Shown here: one piece after another, positions 19,164 through 29,721 of the stretch | Layout of the letters: every line of letters starts with the position of its first letter | How positions within the stretch are numbered: position 1 is the stretch's first letter | Origin: Syntrophales bacterium | GTDB lineage: Bacteria > Desulfobacterota > Syntrophia > Syntrophales > PHBD01 | Assembly: GCA_963668175.1 (NCBI GenBank) | Contig: OY764159.1 | Location: 1,696,001 to 1,760,000 of the forward strand | Reading direction: 5' to 3' | DNA length: 64,000 nt | Position numbers and translations under genes: made by a program | Notes under the pieces: model-generated | What the model saw: only the letters and a program-made list of their open reading frames with translations | Database searches by the model: none | What the model was told of the DNA's origin: nothing

Positions 19164-19292
19164 TTAAGGTTCGACTAAAAACGACGGGTCGTATGTCGGC
19201 GTATGAAGCAAAAGGCACAAAAGTCCGCCCGCCAGGGAGAGGTCTTCCCGGATGCCGATGCGGATCGCGATGTCGTTGATGCCTGTTGCCAT
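19164..19292 (-). CDS. leu operon leader peptide (42 aa)
   Basis: MATGINDIAIRIGIREDLSLAGGLLCLLLHTPTYDPSFLVEP*; Leu cluster CTT TTG TGC CTT TTG CTT, five Ile codons; directly upstream of terminator. Confidence 0.75.
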   Translation of the reverse strand: MATGINDIAIRIGIREDLSLAGGLLCLLLHTPTYDPSFLVEP

Positions 19293-19531
19293 ATCCGTTT
19301 TCTGTAACCCTCGTTTTGCAGTTCCGTTTCCGTAACTTTCTGTAACAGTTACGGCAAATGAAAAGGAATGTCAACGAAAATTTTCATATCCGTGATCCGG
19401 ATTCGATGAAGCGACGTCGATTCCAGATGAAAAATCAATACCTTCCGGATTTCGTTTCCGAGTTAAAGTTCTCCACTTGTGAAGTCTGCGCCGTCAGCCC
19501 CGGTATTCCTGCCTGCCGGCCTGTAAACCGC

Positions 19532-20176
19532 CTAGTTGTTTATATCCCGGCGGTAGGCGACAATGTCCTCGACCGCCACGACAGGGAAGCCGTGTTTGCG
19601 GGCAAAGGCCGCGATTCCCGGCAGGCGCGCCATGGTGCCGTCGGGATTGGTCAGTTCGCAGAGAACGCCGTAGGGCCGCAATCCGGCCAGGCGGTTCAGG
19701 TCCACCGTCGCTTCCGTGTGGCCCGGCCGTACGAGAACCCCTCCCGGCCGCGATCTCAGGGGAAAGACGTGTCCCGGCCGCCGCAGGTCCTCCGGCCGGG
19801 CGCCGTCGGCCACGGCCGCCCTGACGGTGGCCACGCGGTCGGCGGCGGAAACGCCGGTGGTGACGCCCTCCGCAGCCTCGATGGAGACGGTGAAGGCCGT
19901 CTGGAAGCGGCTGGAATTTTCCGCCACCATCATCGGTAGGCACAGGCCGTCCACCTTCTCCGCCGTCAGGCACAGGCAGACGATGCCGCTGCATTCCCGG
20001 ATGAGGAGCGCCATCTGAGGCGCGTCGAGAAAGTCCGTGGAGAAGATGAGATCGCCCTCGTTCTCCCGGTTTTCATCGTCCGTAACGAGGACGCCGCTGC
20101 CGCAGCGAAGCGACTGAAGGGCCTTTTCCACCCGTTCAAACGGTTTGCCGAATGAGGAAAGAATGTTCTGATCCAT
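19532..20176 (-). CDS. ribB: 3,4-dihydroxy-2-butanone 4-phosphate synthase
   Basis: [67 protein letters not shown]. Confidence 0.96.
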   Translation of the reverse strand: MDQNILSSFGKPFERVEKALQSLRCGSGVLVTDDENRENEGDLIFSTDFLDAPQMALLIRECSGIVCLCLTAEKVDGLCLPMMVAENSSRFQTAFTVSIEAAEGVTTGVSAADRVATVRAAVADGARPEDLRRPGHVFPLRSRPGGVLVRPGHTEATVDLNRLAGLRPYGVLCELTNPDGTMARLPGIAAFARKHGFPVVAVEDIVAYRRDINN

Positions 20177-20321
20177 GATAATACTCCTTTGAAAGAGGGA
20201 TTACCCGAATCAGGGCTGAAGAAGAGAAAATGAAACGCGGCGGCGGAAAGTCCGCAGGGGCTTGTCGCCCGTCTGTCGGCGCTTATGTCTTGCCGTTTTT
20301 CCGGCGCCGGTCGCGATACCT

Positions 20322-20466
20322 TATCCTCTTCCATCCGGACTGTAACCGTCGGCCCTGGCTTCGCACCAGGTCTGCTGTCCCCCTGCCGGAAGCAGGGGCG
20401 CTCGCGGGCTCCCCGGAATAGTCCGGGATACCGCCGGTGGGGAATTCCACCCCGCCCTGAGAATAG
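20322..20466 (-). ncRNA. FMN riboswitch (RFN element)
   Basis: Minus strand TCTCAGGGCGGGGTGGAATTCCCCACCGGCGGT...AGCCCGCGAGC...CAGACCTGGTGCGAAGCCAGGGCCGACGGTTACAGTCCGGATGGAAGAGG upstream of ribB. Confidence 0.95.
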
Positions 20467-20703
20467 GCTGCTGTCCGGATATAGGAAGAGGAGGCCGTTG
20501 TCAACCGAATTATGCCGTCCCGGGAAAAACGAAGGCAGGACGGCCTGTTGTGAGGTCGGCCTGCCTTTAAGCGAATGCACTTTGCCGCGCCTGCATGAAG
20601 CGCGAAAACAGGAAACCGACGTCATCGCGCCTGCTGAAGCGTCCGGACGGCGGGGCATGCCGGAACGGTGCCCGGCGCATATCGGATCACTTGCGGCGTC
20701 CGG

Positions 20704-22245
20704 TTAAAACTCCTCAGGTCCCGTCCCTTTGCGCTTCACCCGGGACAGGACGTTTTGGACCAGACGCCCCGCCGGCCTTTCATCGTGGTCTTCGGCCCGA
20801 CCCATTCGGGCGCCCGCCCCGCCCACGACCTCCATGAGTTCGACCACATACCCCTTCATCTGTTCGGCCTGGGCGTTCATTTCCTCCGAGGCGCTGGCCG
20901 ATTCCTCCGCATTGGCGGCGGCGCCCTGGACGACCTTGTCCATCTCCGAGACCGCCGAACTCACCTGGGAGACACCCTTGGACTGCTCCTTGGAGGCCGC
21001 TTCCACTTCGTCGATGAGCCCACCGATCTTGGCCGATATGGCGACGTTCTCCTTGAATGCATCCCGGGTTTGGAGCGTCAGTTCGCTGCTCTTCCGCACG
21101 GTCGCAAGGGTGTTTTCGATGAGGTCCGACGTGTTCTTCGCGGCTTCCGCGGCCCTCATGGCGAGATTGCGCACTTCGTCGGCGACGACGGCGAATCCCG
21201 CGCCGGCCTCGCCCGCCCGCGCCGCCTCGACCGCGGCGTTCAGGGCCAGGAGGTTGGTCTGGAAGGCGATCTCGTCGATGGTCTTGATGATCTTGCCCGT
21301 CTCCTCGCTGGTCTTCGATACGTCGGCGATGGCCGTCGCCATTTCGCCCATCTGGACATCGACCTTCCCGACGATCTTCTTCGCTTCGTCCATCAGGTTC
21401 TTGGCCTGCGACGTATTCTCGGCATTCTGCTTCGTCATGGACGAGATCTCCTCCATGGACGACGACGTCTCCTGCAGGGCCGCGGCCTGTTCGGATGTGC
21501 CCTGGGCCAGGCTCTGGCTTGCCGAGGCGACCTCGGAGGATGCCGCCGAGACCTGTCCGGCCGCTTCGGAAAGGCCCGTGATAACCCGGTTCAGCGGGCC
21601 CGTGATGCTCCGGGTGAGGAAAAAGGCCATAAGCGTACCCAGGACCAGGGCGGCGATGCCGAGGAACAACATGACCGTCCGCGCCACCGTGGCAATCGCT
21701 TTCGTTTGCTCCCCGTCATTACGGACCGTTTGCTGGACAAACGCCACGAAAGCCCCCACCGCACCCATGAATTTCTCCTGGACGGGCAGAAGCTGAACCA
21801 TGATGACTTCAGCCGCCTCGGCGTTCTTGTTCTGCTTGCCCAAATCCATCGCCTTGTCCGACAGGGCGAGGACGGTCGGCAACTGGTCCGCAATCTGCTT
21901 GAAGAGTTCCTTTCCCTTCTCCGTAACGAGGCTCTTTTCCATCTTTCCCAGGACGGCGGTCAACGCCTCCTTGTTCTTTTTATACTGATCTTCCATCTTC
22001 CGGTTCGTCGCCTCGTCGGAGGTCAGGGAGACGTCCCGTATGGCCCGCGACAGCCCGGCGTACTGCTCCGTTATCTCGCCCAGGAAGCCCAACTGGGCCA
22101 CCCTGACTTCGGCAAGCAGGCCGATCTTTTCGTTCATGACACCGATCCTGTTTACTGAGATAGCCACAACAACGGCCATGAGGACCAGCACCAGAGCGAA
22201 TCCGCCGCCCAGCTTGGTTCCGAGCTTCATCTTTGCTATACTCAT
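20704..22245 (-). CDS. Methyl-accepting chemotaxis protein (four-helix-bundle sensor)
   Basis: Two TM helices flanking a helical periplasmic domain; [40 protein letters not shown]. Confidence 0.93.
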   Translation of the reverse strand: MSIAKMKLGTKLGGGFALVLVLMAVVVAISVNRIGVMNEKIGLLAEVRVAQLGFLGEITEQYAGLSRAIRDVSLTSDEATNRKMEDQYKKNKEALTAVLGKMEKSLVTEKGKELFKQIADQLPTVLALSDKAMDLGKQNKNAEAAEVIMVQLLPVQEKFMGAVGAFVAFVQQTVRNDGEQTKAIATVARTVMLFLGIAALVLGTLMAFFLTRSITGPLNRVITGLSEAAGQVSAASSEVASASQSLAQGTSEQAAALQETSSSMEEISSMTKQNAENTSQAKNLMDEAKKIVGKVDVQMGEMATAIADVSKTSEETGKIIKTIDEIAFQTNLLALNAAVEAARAGEAGAGFAVVADEVRNLAMRAAEAAKNTSDLIENTLATVRKSSELTLQTRDAFKENVAISAKIGGLIDEVEAASKEQSKGVSQVSSAVSEMDKVVQGAAANAEESASASEEMNAQAEQMKGYVVELMEVVGGAGARMGRAEDHDERPAGRLVQNVLSRVKRKGTGPEEF

Positions 22246-22477
22246 AGAAACCTCTCATGAATCGTGTATTTGCTGAAGAAAAACTATTCAATTTCCATGC
22301 CATCGGGGGTTCCGTTAAGATTACGAATAATGTGAGCATGTTGCGAATATTCACGGTGGGAGCGGTTGCCGGGCAGGTGTTCGTTGTCCGGTTTTTCCGG
22401 ATGGATCGAGCGCGTGCCCCGTATAGGAAAAAACGGATCTTTGTCCTTTTGAAAAGGGCCGTGATCATGGTATGAAA

Positions 22478-22704
22478 GGCATCGCCCAGCCCGCCGGAGC
22501 CGGACAGGCCGCCATTATCGGGCAGATGACGACAGGCTTTCCCTTCAGCCCCTTGACGCCGGCGACCTTTCTGCTCATCGGCACGACAAACGTCGATCTG
22601 GCCGACCACCGGAAGTTCACTTTTATTTACGCTTTTTTCGACCGCCATCGTCATGGCGGTCGTATCGATCATCATCGGGTTGTACCCGATCCAAGGACTG
22701 GAGG
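22478..22704 (+). pseudogene. C-terminal remnant of a CitMHS-like transporter, frameshifted
   Basis: GQAAIIGQMTTGFPFSPLTPATFLLIG..VDLADHRKFTF; removing one T from the run at ~22633-22638 continues as STAIVMAVVSIIIGLYPI (final TM helix); no N-terminal part. Confidence 0.7.
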
Positions 22705-22713
22705 AACTGCCGC

Positions 22714-24054
22714 ATGAACAAGATCAGGATCGGCTCGGGGGCGGGGTACGCGGGCGACCGCATCGAACCGGCCGTCGAACTGGCGGAGAAGGGGGCCATC
22801 AGGTATCTCGTTTTCGAATGCCTGGCGGAAAGAACGATCGCCATTGCGCAGCAGGCCAGGATGAAGGACCCCGGGGCGGGTTACGACGCGCTCCTGGAAA
22901 CGCGGATGGAGGCCTGTCTGCCCGTGTGCCGGAAGAACGGCGTGACGATCGTTACGAACATGGGGGCGGCCAATCCCCTGGCGGGGGCGGCCAAGATCAA
23001 GGAAGTTGCGGGCAGGCTGGGCATCCGGGGCCTCAAGATCGCCGCCGTGACGGGCGACGACATTACCGACATCATCAGGAAGGGCGACTACATCATCGAA
23101 GAGACCGGGGAGAAATCCTCGGCGCTTGCCGACCGGATCGTTTCCGCCAATGCGTATCTCGGCGCCGAATGCGTGGTGGAGGCCCTGCGGAACGGCGCCG
23201 ACGTGGTCATCACGGGCCGGGTGGCGGACCCGGCGATCTTCATCGCCCCGGCCATCTATGAGTTCGGCTGGGATATGGAGAACTGGAACATCCTCGGGCA
23301 GGCCATTGTCATGGGCCATCTGCTCGAATGCGCCGGCCAGGTCACCGGGGGCTACTTCGCCGACCCGGGATACAAGGATGTGCCGGGCATCGGCCGCCTC
23401 GGGTTTCCCATCGCCGAAGTAGCGGAAGACGGCACCTTTGTCGTCACGAAGGTCGAAGGGTCGGGCGGGATGGTGACGCTCGCCACCTGCAAGGAGCAGC
23501 TTCTCTACGAGATCCACGATCCGTCGTCCTATATCACGCCGGACGTCGTGGCGGACTATACGGATGTCCGGATGGTCCAGGCCGGCAGGGACCGGGTACA
23601 GGTCACGGGCGGGAAGGGGAGGCGCAAGACCGATACCCTCAAGGTCTCGATAGGCTACGTGGACAGTTTCATCGGCGAGGGGCAGATCAGTTACGGCGGC
23701 CCCGGGGCCGTCGAGCGCGGCAGGCTGGCCCTCCGGATCGTCGAGGAGAGGCTGAAGGACACCGGCGTGGCCGTGGACGATATCCGCTGCGACCTTATCG
23801 GCCTCAATTCGCTCCATAAGGACAAGCTGTCGGCCGGGCACGACCCCTACGAGGTCCGCGTGAGGGTCGCCGGGCGGACGAAAAGCATGAAAGAGGCCGT
23901 CCGCATCGGCAACGAAGTCGAGACGCTTTACACCAACGGCCCGGCCGGGGGCGCGGGAGCCTGGAAGGGTGCCCGGGAGGTCGTCGCCATGGTGTCGACA
24001 CTCGTTCCCCGGAACCTTGTCCATCACGCGATCCAATACGAGGTGGTATCATGA
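22714..24054 (+). CDS. Acyclic terpene utilization AtuA family protein
   Basis: IRIGSGAGYAGDR, FECLAERT, NMGAANP, SANAYLGA, GADVVITGRVADP, GHLLECAGQVTGG, EQLLYEIHDP. Confidence 0.92.
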   Translation: MNKIRIGSGAGYAGDRIEPAVELAEKGAIRYLVFECLAERTIAIAQQARMKDPGAGYDALLETRMEACLPVCRKNGVTIVTNMGAANPLAGAAKIKEVAGRLGIRGLKIAAVTGDDITDIIRKGDYIIEETGEKSSALADRIVSANAYLGAECVVEALRNGADVVITGRVADPAIFIAPAIYEFGWDMENWNILGQAIVMGHLLECAGQVTGGYFADPGYKDVPGIGRLGFPIAEVAEDGTFVVTKVEGSGGMVTLATCKEQLLYEIHDPSSYITPDVVADYTDVRMVQAGRDRVQVTGGKGRRKTDTLKVSIGYVDSFIGEGQISYGGPGAVERGRLALRIVEERLKDTGVAVDDIRCDLIGLNSLHKDKLSAGHDPYEVRVRVAGRTKSMKEAVRIGNEVETLYTNGPAGGAGAWKGAREVVAMVSTLVPRNLVHHAIQYEVVS

Positions 24055-24356
24055 AGCTGCGCGAACTGGCCCATTCCCGGACGGGGGACAAGGGCAACAC
24101 GTCGAATATCTCGGTCATCGCCTACGACCCGGACAATTACCCGCTTCTTTCGAAACACGTCACGGCCGAGCGCGTGAAGGCGTTCTTCTCCGAAATCGTC
24201 GAAGGGGACGTCGTCCGGTACACGCTGCCCAATATCGGGGCGCTCAATTTCGTCATGACCAGGGCTCTCGGCGGCGGCGTAACGCGCACCCTGGCAGTCG
24301 ACCTCCACGGGAAATCCCTGAGTTCGGCCATCCTCGACATGGATATCCCGGCATAG
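24051..24356 (+). CDS. Small AtuA-associated protein (stand-alone AtuA C-terminal-like domain)
   Basis: ATGA overlap; LAHSRTGDKGNTSNISVIA, ALNFV...LGGGVTRTL..DLHGKSLS. Confidence 0.88.
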   Translation: MKLRELAHSRTGDKGNTSNISVIAYDPDNYPLLSKHVTAERVKAFFSEIVEGDVVRYTLPNIGALNFVMTRALGGGVTRTLAVDLHGKSLSSAILDMDIPA

Positions 24357-24477
24357 CGCGCCGTGGAGGCGTCCCCCCCACCGGTGTCTGCCTCCTTTGC
24401 GCCTTGAAAAAGTGGGAACGATCGGCTAGTTTAGAGACGGATCGATCCCTTCAAAAAAGTGCAAGGAGGCCATCGCC

Positions 24478-25128
24478 ATGCAGGTCATCGCCGTCAACGG
24501 CAGTCCGCGGAAGAAGTGGAACACGGCGACGCTTCTTCGGAAAGCGCTGGACGGCGCCGCGTCCCGGGGTGCGGCCCCGGAGCTGGTCCATCTCTACGAT
24601 ATCGACTTCAAGGGCTGCATAAGCTGCTTCGCCTGCAAGACGAAGGACGGCAAAAACTACGGCCGGTGCGCCGTGAAGGACGGCCTGACACCCCTCCTTT
24701 CCCGCATCGCCGCCGCCGACGTCCTCATCCTGGGGTCGCCGATCTATTTCGGGACCGTGACGGGGGAGATGAGGTCCTTCCTGGAACGGCTCCTGTTTCC
24801 GTATCTCACATACACCGATCCTCCGGGGTCCATCTTTCCCGGGAAACTGCGGACCGCCTTCATCTACACCCTGGGAGCCGACGAAGCAATGGCGGAGGCC
24901 CGGGGCTTCGGCAACCATTTCGCCCTGAATGAAATCTTTCTCCAGATCGTCTTCGGGAATACGGAGACGCTCTGCAGCTACGACACATACCAGTTCGACG
25001 ACTACGCCAGGTACGCAGCACCCCGGTGGAACCCGGAGGCGAAGGCGAAACGGCGGGCTCAAGTCTTCCCGGAGGATTGCGCAAAGGCCTATGCGCTGGG
25101 GGAAAGGCTTGCAGGAGGGCAGGGCTGA
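24478..25128 (+). CDS. Flavodoxin-like / iron-sulfur flavoprotein (NADPH-dependent FMN reductase family)
   Basis: NGSPRKKWNT, GCISCFACK..C, GSPIYFG; RBS AAGGAGG. Confidence 0.9.
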   Translation: MQVIAVNGSPRKKWNTATLLRKALDGAASRGAAPELVHLYDIDFKGCISCFACKTKDGKNYGRCAVKDGLTPLLSRIAAADVLILGSPIYFGTVTGEMRSFLERLLFPYLTYTDPPGSIFPGKLRTAFIYTLGADEAMAEARGFGNHFALNEIFLQIVFGNTETLCSYDTYQFDDYARYAAPRWNPEAKAKRRAQVFPEDCAKAYALGERLAGGQG

Positions 25129-25167
25129 GCCGGGAGCGGATGTCTTAAACATAAACCGGGATGCGCG

Positions 25168-25530
25168 ATGAAGCGGAACTGGGACACGATCAGGGAAATT
25201 CTCCTGCGGCTCGAAGAGGCCGTGCCGGGGGAACCGCCGTTCCCCGGGGAGCGGGCGGAGGAAGCGGACTATCACCTGGACCTTTTGCTCGAAGCGGGCC
25301 TCGTGACGGGACCTGCGGCGAAAGCTTCCGGGCCGGGATCGCCCCCGTTCGCCGCCATGCGTCTCACCTGGCAGGGGCACGAATTTCTCGACATGATCCG
25401 CAGCGACATGGTCTGGCAGCGGACCAAGAGGTCCTTCGCCGCAAGCGGCCTCGCCATGACCCTGGACCTGGTCCGGGCCGTCGCGGCGAATATCGCCGCC
25501 TCGATGCTCAAGTCGCCCATGAGCGGCTGA
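25168..25530 (+). CDS. DUF2513 family protein
   Basis: MKRNWDTIREILLRLE, YHLDLLLEAGLV, RLTWQGHEFLD.IR...VW. Confidence 0.85.
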   Translation: MKRNWDTIREILLRLEEAVPGEPPFPGERAEEADYHLDLLLEAGLVTGPAAKASGPGSPPFAAMRLTWQGHEFLDMIRSDMVWQRTKRSFAASGLAMTLDLVRAVAANIAASMLKSPMSG

Positions 25531-25654
25531 ACGGGAGCGTGAGCGGCCGAACAATCCCGCCCTTTTTTATCTTTATGCAGCAGTCCTGCTTCGGTTATCA
25601 TGAAGGCGTCAGGACATTCCACGGGATAGATTTCTCAAGTATTGAGGAGCATTT

Positions 25655-26137
25655 GTGAGCGTTCACAGCGGCGGCATTCTCTTGTACCGGTACCGGGAGG
25701 GGCGCCTTCAGGTCATGCTCGTCCATCCCGGCGGACCTTTGTGGGCGAGGAAGGACGAGGGCGCCTGGTCCGTGCCCAAAGGGTTGTTCGATGCTCATGA
25801 AAGCGCCCTGGATGCCGCCCGGAGGGAGTTTGAAGAGGAGACGGGCTTCGCCGTGGACGGGGAGTTTGTCGCGCTGGGCGAACTGAAGCAGGCGAGCGGA
25901 AAGATCGTCCACGCCTGGGCCGTGGAAGGAGACTTGGATACGGCGAAGATCAAAAGCAACACGTTCACCCTGGAGTGGCCGAAGCACTCCGGCATTCTTC
26001 GGGAATATCCCGAAATCGACCGGGGCGGCTGGTTCCATGTCGACGCCGCCCGGCAGAAGATCGTGAAAGGCCAGGCCGCGTTCCTCGACCGCCTGCTCGT
26101 GCGTTTGGGGTACGTCCCGCCTCCCGGAAACGGGTAG
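25655..26137 (+). CDS. NUDIX hydrolase
   Basis: GTG after GAGGAG; SGGILLYR, HPGGPLW..KDEGAWSVPKG, AARREFEEETG, YPEIDR. Confidence 0.9.
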   Translation: MSVHSGGILLYRYREGRLQVMLVHPGGPLWARKDEGAWSVPKGLFDAHESALDAARREFEEETGFAVDGEFVALGELKQASGKIVHAWAVEGDLDTAKIKSNTFTLEWPKHSGILREYPEIDRGGWFHVDAARQKIVKGQAAFLDRLLVRLGYVPPPGNG

Positions 26138-26414
26138 AATCTCTCCGTTCCCCGACACGCAATGATGCCTGCCTCCCCCCGACGAGACCTCAAAAAAGCT
26201 TGCAATGCCTTCCGAAGCCTGATAATTGACACAATATAGATGAAATTCTATGTGAATAATAGCTATTCTATACTTTGAGAAGGTATTATGATCCTTTGCC
26301 TTGCAACCCCGTCGCGTGAAAGTGGACGGGGTTTTATTTTTGAGCGGTTTTGGGGTGGAACACCGGGATAAGCGGTGGAGTCGGCGAGAATTCATTTGGG
26401 AAAGGGAGGTCTGC

Positions 26415-27020
26415 ATGAACGGAAAGCGCGTTTTCGTTATGACATTGCTGGTTCTTGCCGTATTCGCCTGCGGTCCGATGAACTCGGCCATCAGCGTACG
26501 GCTCAGCCTGGACACCTATCAGCCGCTCATCGATCCTGCGAAGTACGCCGATTACAAAGGGCAGACGGTCGTCTTCCAGTCGATCGACATCCTGGCGGAC
26601 GACATCGCGAACCTCTATTTTACAAGCGGCGACGGCGAGGTCGGCTATCTGCTCTTCCATGCGCCCGACAAAATGCAGACGCCTGTGGCGTCCTTCTTCT
26701 GGTACGCCCTGGACAAGACTTTCAAGCACGCCGGGCTTGACGTCAAGGAGGTGGTGCCGGTCACGAACGCCCCGGACCTGCTGATCGGAATCAGGTCGCT
26801 CACCGACCAGAATATCAGGTTCCGGGTCAGCCTTTCCCGGAACGGCAATCTGCTTCTGCAGAAAGAAATGATCTGCACGAAGGTCCTGCCGCCGACGAAG
26901 ACGGATGTGCCGGAGCTGCGAAGGAGGATGTTCGCCATGATTGACCTCATGGCCGAGACGATCCTGTCCGATCCCGATTTCAAGCGGGAATTCTTCTCCG
27001 ATAAATACAGAATCAATTGA
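26415..27020 (+). CDS. Putative lipoprotein, paralog 1
   Basis: ATG after AGGGAGG; lipobox-like VFAC; ASFFWYAL.KTF and ETILSDPDFKREFFS shared with next gene. Confidence 0.8.
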   Translation: MNGKRVFVMTLLVLAVFACGPMNSAISVRLSLDTYQPLIDPAKYADYKGQTVVFQSIDILADDIANLYFTSGDGEVGYLLFHAPDKMQTPVASFFWYALDKTFKHAGLDVKEVVPVTNAPDLLIGIRSLTDQNIRFRVSLSRNGNLLLQKEMICTKVLPPTKTDVPELRRRMFAMIDLMAETILSDPDFKREFFSDKYRIN

Positions 27021-27090
27021 GCCCGAGGATTGCCTGCCTGCGGTAAGCCGGGAACACTCGAATACACATTTCTCAAGAGGAGGGGATATC

Positions 27091-27693
27091 ATGAGAAGAA
27101 AACTGGATATTGTCTGCCTGTTGGCGCTGGTCATGTTTGTATTTTCTTGCGAGGGAACGATGAGCACGCCCATCAAGGTGAGTAGGCATGCCTATACGCC
27201 TCGTCTCGATCAGGCGAAATTCGCCGAATACCGGGGACAGACGATTATCTTCGACTCGATCGACTCGCAAGCGACGAACGTGACCAACTTCTACTACTTC
27301 AGCCCCGACCGGGAATACGCCTATCACCTGTTTTACAGTCCTTCGCACATGCAGCAGCCTCTCGCCTCTTTCTTCTGGTACGCGCTGGAGAAGACCTTTA
27401 CGTCCGTCGGCCTGGTCGTCAAGGATATCGGTCCCGTGAATAACGCCCCCCAGATCCATGTGAAGATCGTGTCTCTCTCGGACCAGGAAGGGAATTTCGT
27501 CGTGAGCATTTCGAGAAACGGGTATCTCATCCTGCAGAAGCCGATCGTCTTTACAAAGAAGCTGCCGCCCACGAAGGACGTGGCCGAACTCGAGAGGCGC
27601 CAGTACGACTTCCTCGATCTGATGGGGGAGACGATCCTGTCCGATCCCGACTTCAAACGGGAATTCTTCTCCGAGAAGGGCAAAGTCAATTGA
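27091..27693 (+). CDS. Putative lipoprotein, paralog 2
   Basis: ATG after GAGGAGG; lipobox-like VFSC; collinear similarity to 26415..27020. Confidence 0.8.
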   Translation: MRRKLDIVCLLALVMFVFSCEGTMSTPIKVSRHAYTPRLDQAKFAEYRGQTIIFDSIDSQATNVTNFYYFSPDREYAYHLFYSPSHMQQPLASFFWYALEKTFTSVGLVVKDIGPVNNAPQIHVKIVSLSDQEGNFVVSISRNGYLILQKPIVFTKKLPPTKDVAELERRQYDFLDLMGETILSDPDFKREFFSEKGKVN

Positions 27694-27908
27694 ATCCGTG
27701 CCGCTGATATATGATGCCCGGGAAAGAGGTGGATTCCCCTTTTTTATTCGGAGAAACGGTTGCTTCGTTTTGCGCGTGAAACAGGTTCTGCCGGAGGAAT
27801 CTGCGAAATTTTTCGTAACGGGCAGGTCGATTTTAACGGCATTTATACGGCGAGATGTGGTATACGGCAGCATCCTCGGATAAAAATGAAGCAAGGGGCG
27901 TTCATGCC

Positions 27909-28643
27909 ATGTACCTGATCTTGAAGAAAAATCGTATCTGCTTATATACGGCCGCCTGTCTGGTCTTTTTTCTTTTCTTTTACCCTGCTCAGGCCGTGAC
28001 GGCTCAGCCGGAGGCCAAGGAAGCGAAGTCGTCCATTGAGAAAACGCTGACGAACGCGGTGCATGGCGTGTACGCCAGGCTTCCGGCCGACGTGCAGAAG
28101 ATGCTCAAGTCGTCCGTCGTGCTTTCCATAGCCGTGAACGGTTACAAGGCGACCAAGGAGACGTATTACCGGAACGTGCGCGGCCAGCAGGCCCATCCGT
28201 CCATGGTGACGGCAAGGGCGGTCATCGGGTTTGCCGGGTGCTTTGCGGCTGCGTTGTTTCTGGGAAAGATATTTTTCCTCGTCTTTTCGGCCATCCCGTT
28301 TGCCGGCCGGTTTCTCGGGCCGCTCTTCGGCCTTGTGGGCGTGGCGAGCGGATGCATCGCGGGAGCCATCGGCGCCGAATGGCTGTTTGAAATGATCATG
28401 CCTCTTCAGGGGGCGGGATCGAAAGTGAGCAATGCCCTCCTCGGCGGTGCCCTGGGTGGCATCATCGGGGCGGTGACCGGTCTGCTCATGGAAATGACGT
28501 TCGCGTCGAACAAGAAAGGCGGCCTGGCCGGTTTCTTTCGTTCGATGGTCCCCACGCTGATGGACGCCTTTGCCGGTCTGTTCTACGGCGGCCTGTTGGG
28601 GGCGCTTGCCGGTGCGATCGCGTTCTTCTATATTTTCCTGTGA
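27909..28643 (+). CDS. Gly-rich membrane hypothetical protein
   Basis: Signal-like N-terminus and several Gly/Ala-rich hydrophobic helices; start codon uncertain. Confidence 0.7.
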   Translation: MYLILKKNRICLYTAACLVFFLFFYPAQAVTAQPEAKEAKSSIEKTLTNAVHGVYARLPADVQKMLKSSVVLSIAVNGYKATKETYYRNVRGQQAHPSMVTARAVIGFAGCFAAALFLGKIFFLVFSAIPFAGRFLGPLFGLVGVASGCIAGAIGAEWLFEMIMPLQGAGSKVSNALLGGALGGIIGAVTGLLMEMTFASNKKGGLAGFFRSMVPTLMDAFAGLFYGGLLGALAGAIAFFYIFL

Positions 28644-28766
28644 GCGGAGCTGCGGAATGCTTGGGGGCGGGAACAGCGCCCCCTTCATGAAAGGTCCGTG
28701 GTCCGTTCGCCGTGCCGGAGCGGCCGCAGTCTTCTCGCCGCAAGGGGCTCTCCGGCCGCGTTGCCC

Positions 28767-29318
28767 TTATCTCCCGCCCCGTTTACCCTTCTTGTGCATC
28801 CCTTCGCGGAACGACGGCCGTTCCCCGTCTTCTTCCCCCGTCCGGAATTCGAACAACTGGTCCGGTTTGGACAGATAGACCAGGAGGAAAAGGGCCAGGA
28901 TGCAGCCTGCCTGGATTTGCGCCATGTCCCACATCGACCCGGCTTCGAGGTCGAACGCTTCGGGAAGCGCCCCGCCGAAGAAACCGACACCCAGGGCCAA
29001 GACGGCCCGGACGATGAGGGTTTGAACGGGGGTGGGGTCGGGATTAAAGAGGGACGCGATAAGGAGCGCAATGAGACAGTTTATGCCGATAAGCAAGAGG
29101 ATGGCTGCAGGCGCGGGATACTGCGGCTTCGCGTCCGGGGCGGCATCGTCCCCGCCGGGTGCGGACTCGATCCGGTCTGCCGTGACGGCTTGCGGCTGCG
29201 GTGCGGCGTCCACGGCCCATGCCGGCGACGCGGAAATGGTAAGGAGAACAAGCATGGAGCATATCCATGCCCTCCAGCGGCACGGCGGCCGTACATCTAT
29301 GAAATGGTCCTGCAACAA
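28767..29318 (-). CDS. Membrane hypothetical protein
   Basis: Signal-like segment, Pro/Ala linker, three hydrophobic helices (PTPVQTLIVRAVLAL..., AGCILALFLLVY); start uncertain. Confidence 0.6.
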   Translation of the reverse strand: MLQDHFIDVRPPCRWRAWICSMLVLLTISASPAWAVDAAPQPQAVTADRIESAPGGDDAAPDAKPQYPAPAAILLLIGINCLIALLIASLFNPDPTPVQTLIVRAVLALGVGFFGGALPEAFDLEAGSMWDMAQIQAGCILALFLLVYLSKPDQLFEFRTGEEDGERPSFREGMHKKGKRGGR

Positions 29319-29721
29319 CGTACTTCTCGATTTATATCAGCCGCCAACGACGGCCTTATCAAATGTATGCGGTCCCCTGATTGATATTCTTTCAGGATAC
29401 CCGTCTTCGGCGGAGTCCCTGCTCTCGATCGACGTGCAACCGATAGCCGGAGGAGGAGTAAACCGGGATGAAAAACAGGGAGATGCTTTCAGCGGGATAT
29501 GTTTACCCGGTGCTTCGGAAGCGGCGACTCGCGGCCATAATGATGTTGGAAGTATTATGTAAGACTTTTCGGGATAAGTCAAGTGAATTGTATGGAAGAT
29601 TGTATGCAGTCAAGGGGGCTCAAAACGGCCTGGCGGTACGGATCGGGGGAGGGCGTATCCCGTCCGCCGGGGCGAAGTTCCGCGCCGGCCTTTCCTTTCA
29701 TGATACGGCTGCTGTTCCGGA

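Noticed and set aside
21180..21310. Near-identical DNA to ~54770-54900
   Set aside because: Conserved MCP signalling hairpin tip in paralogs, not a mobile repeat
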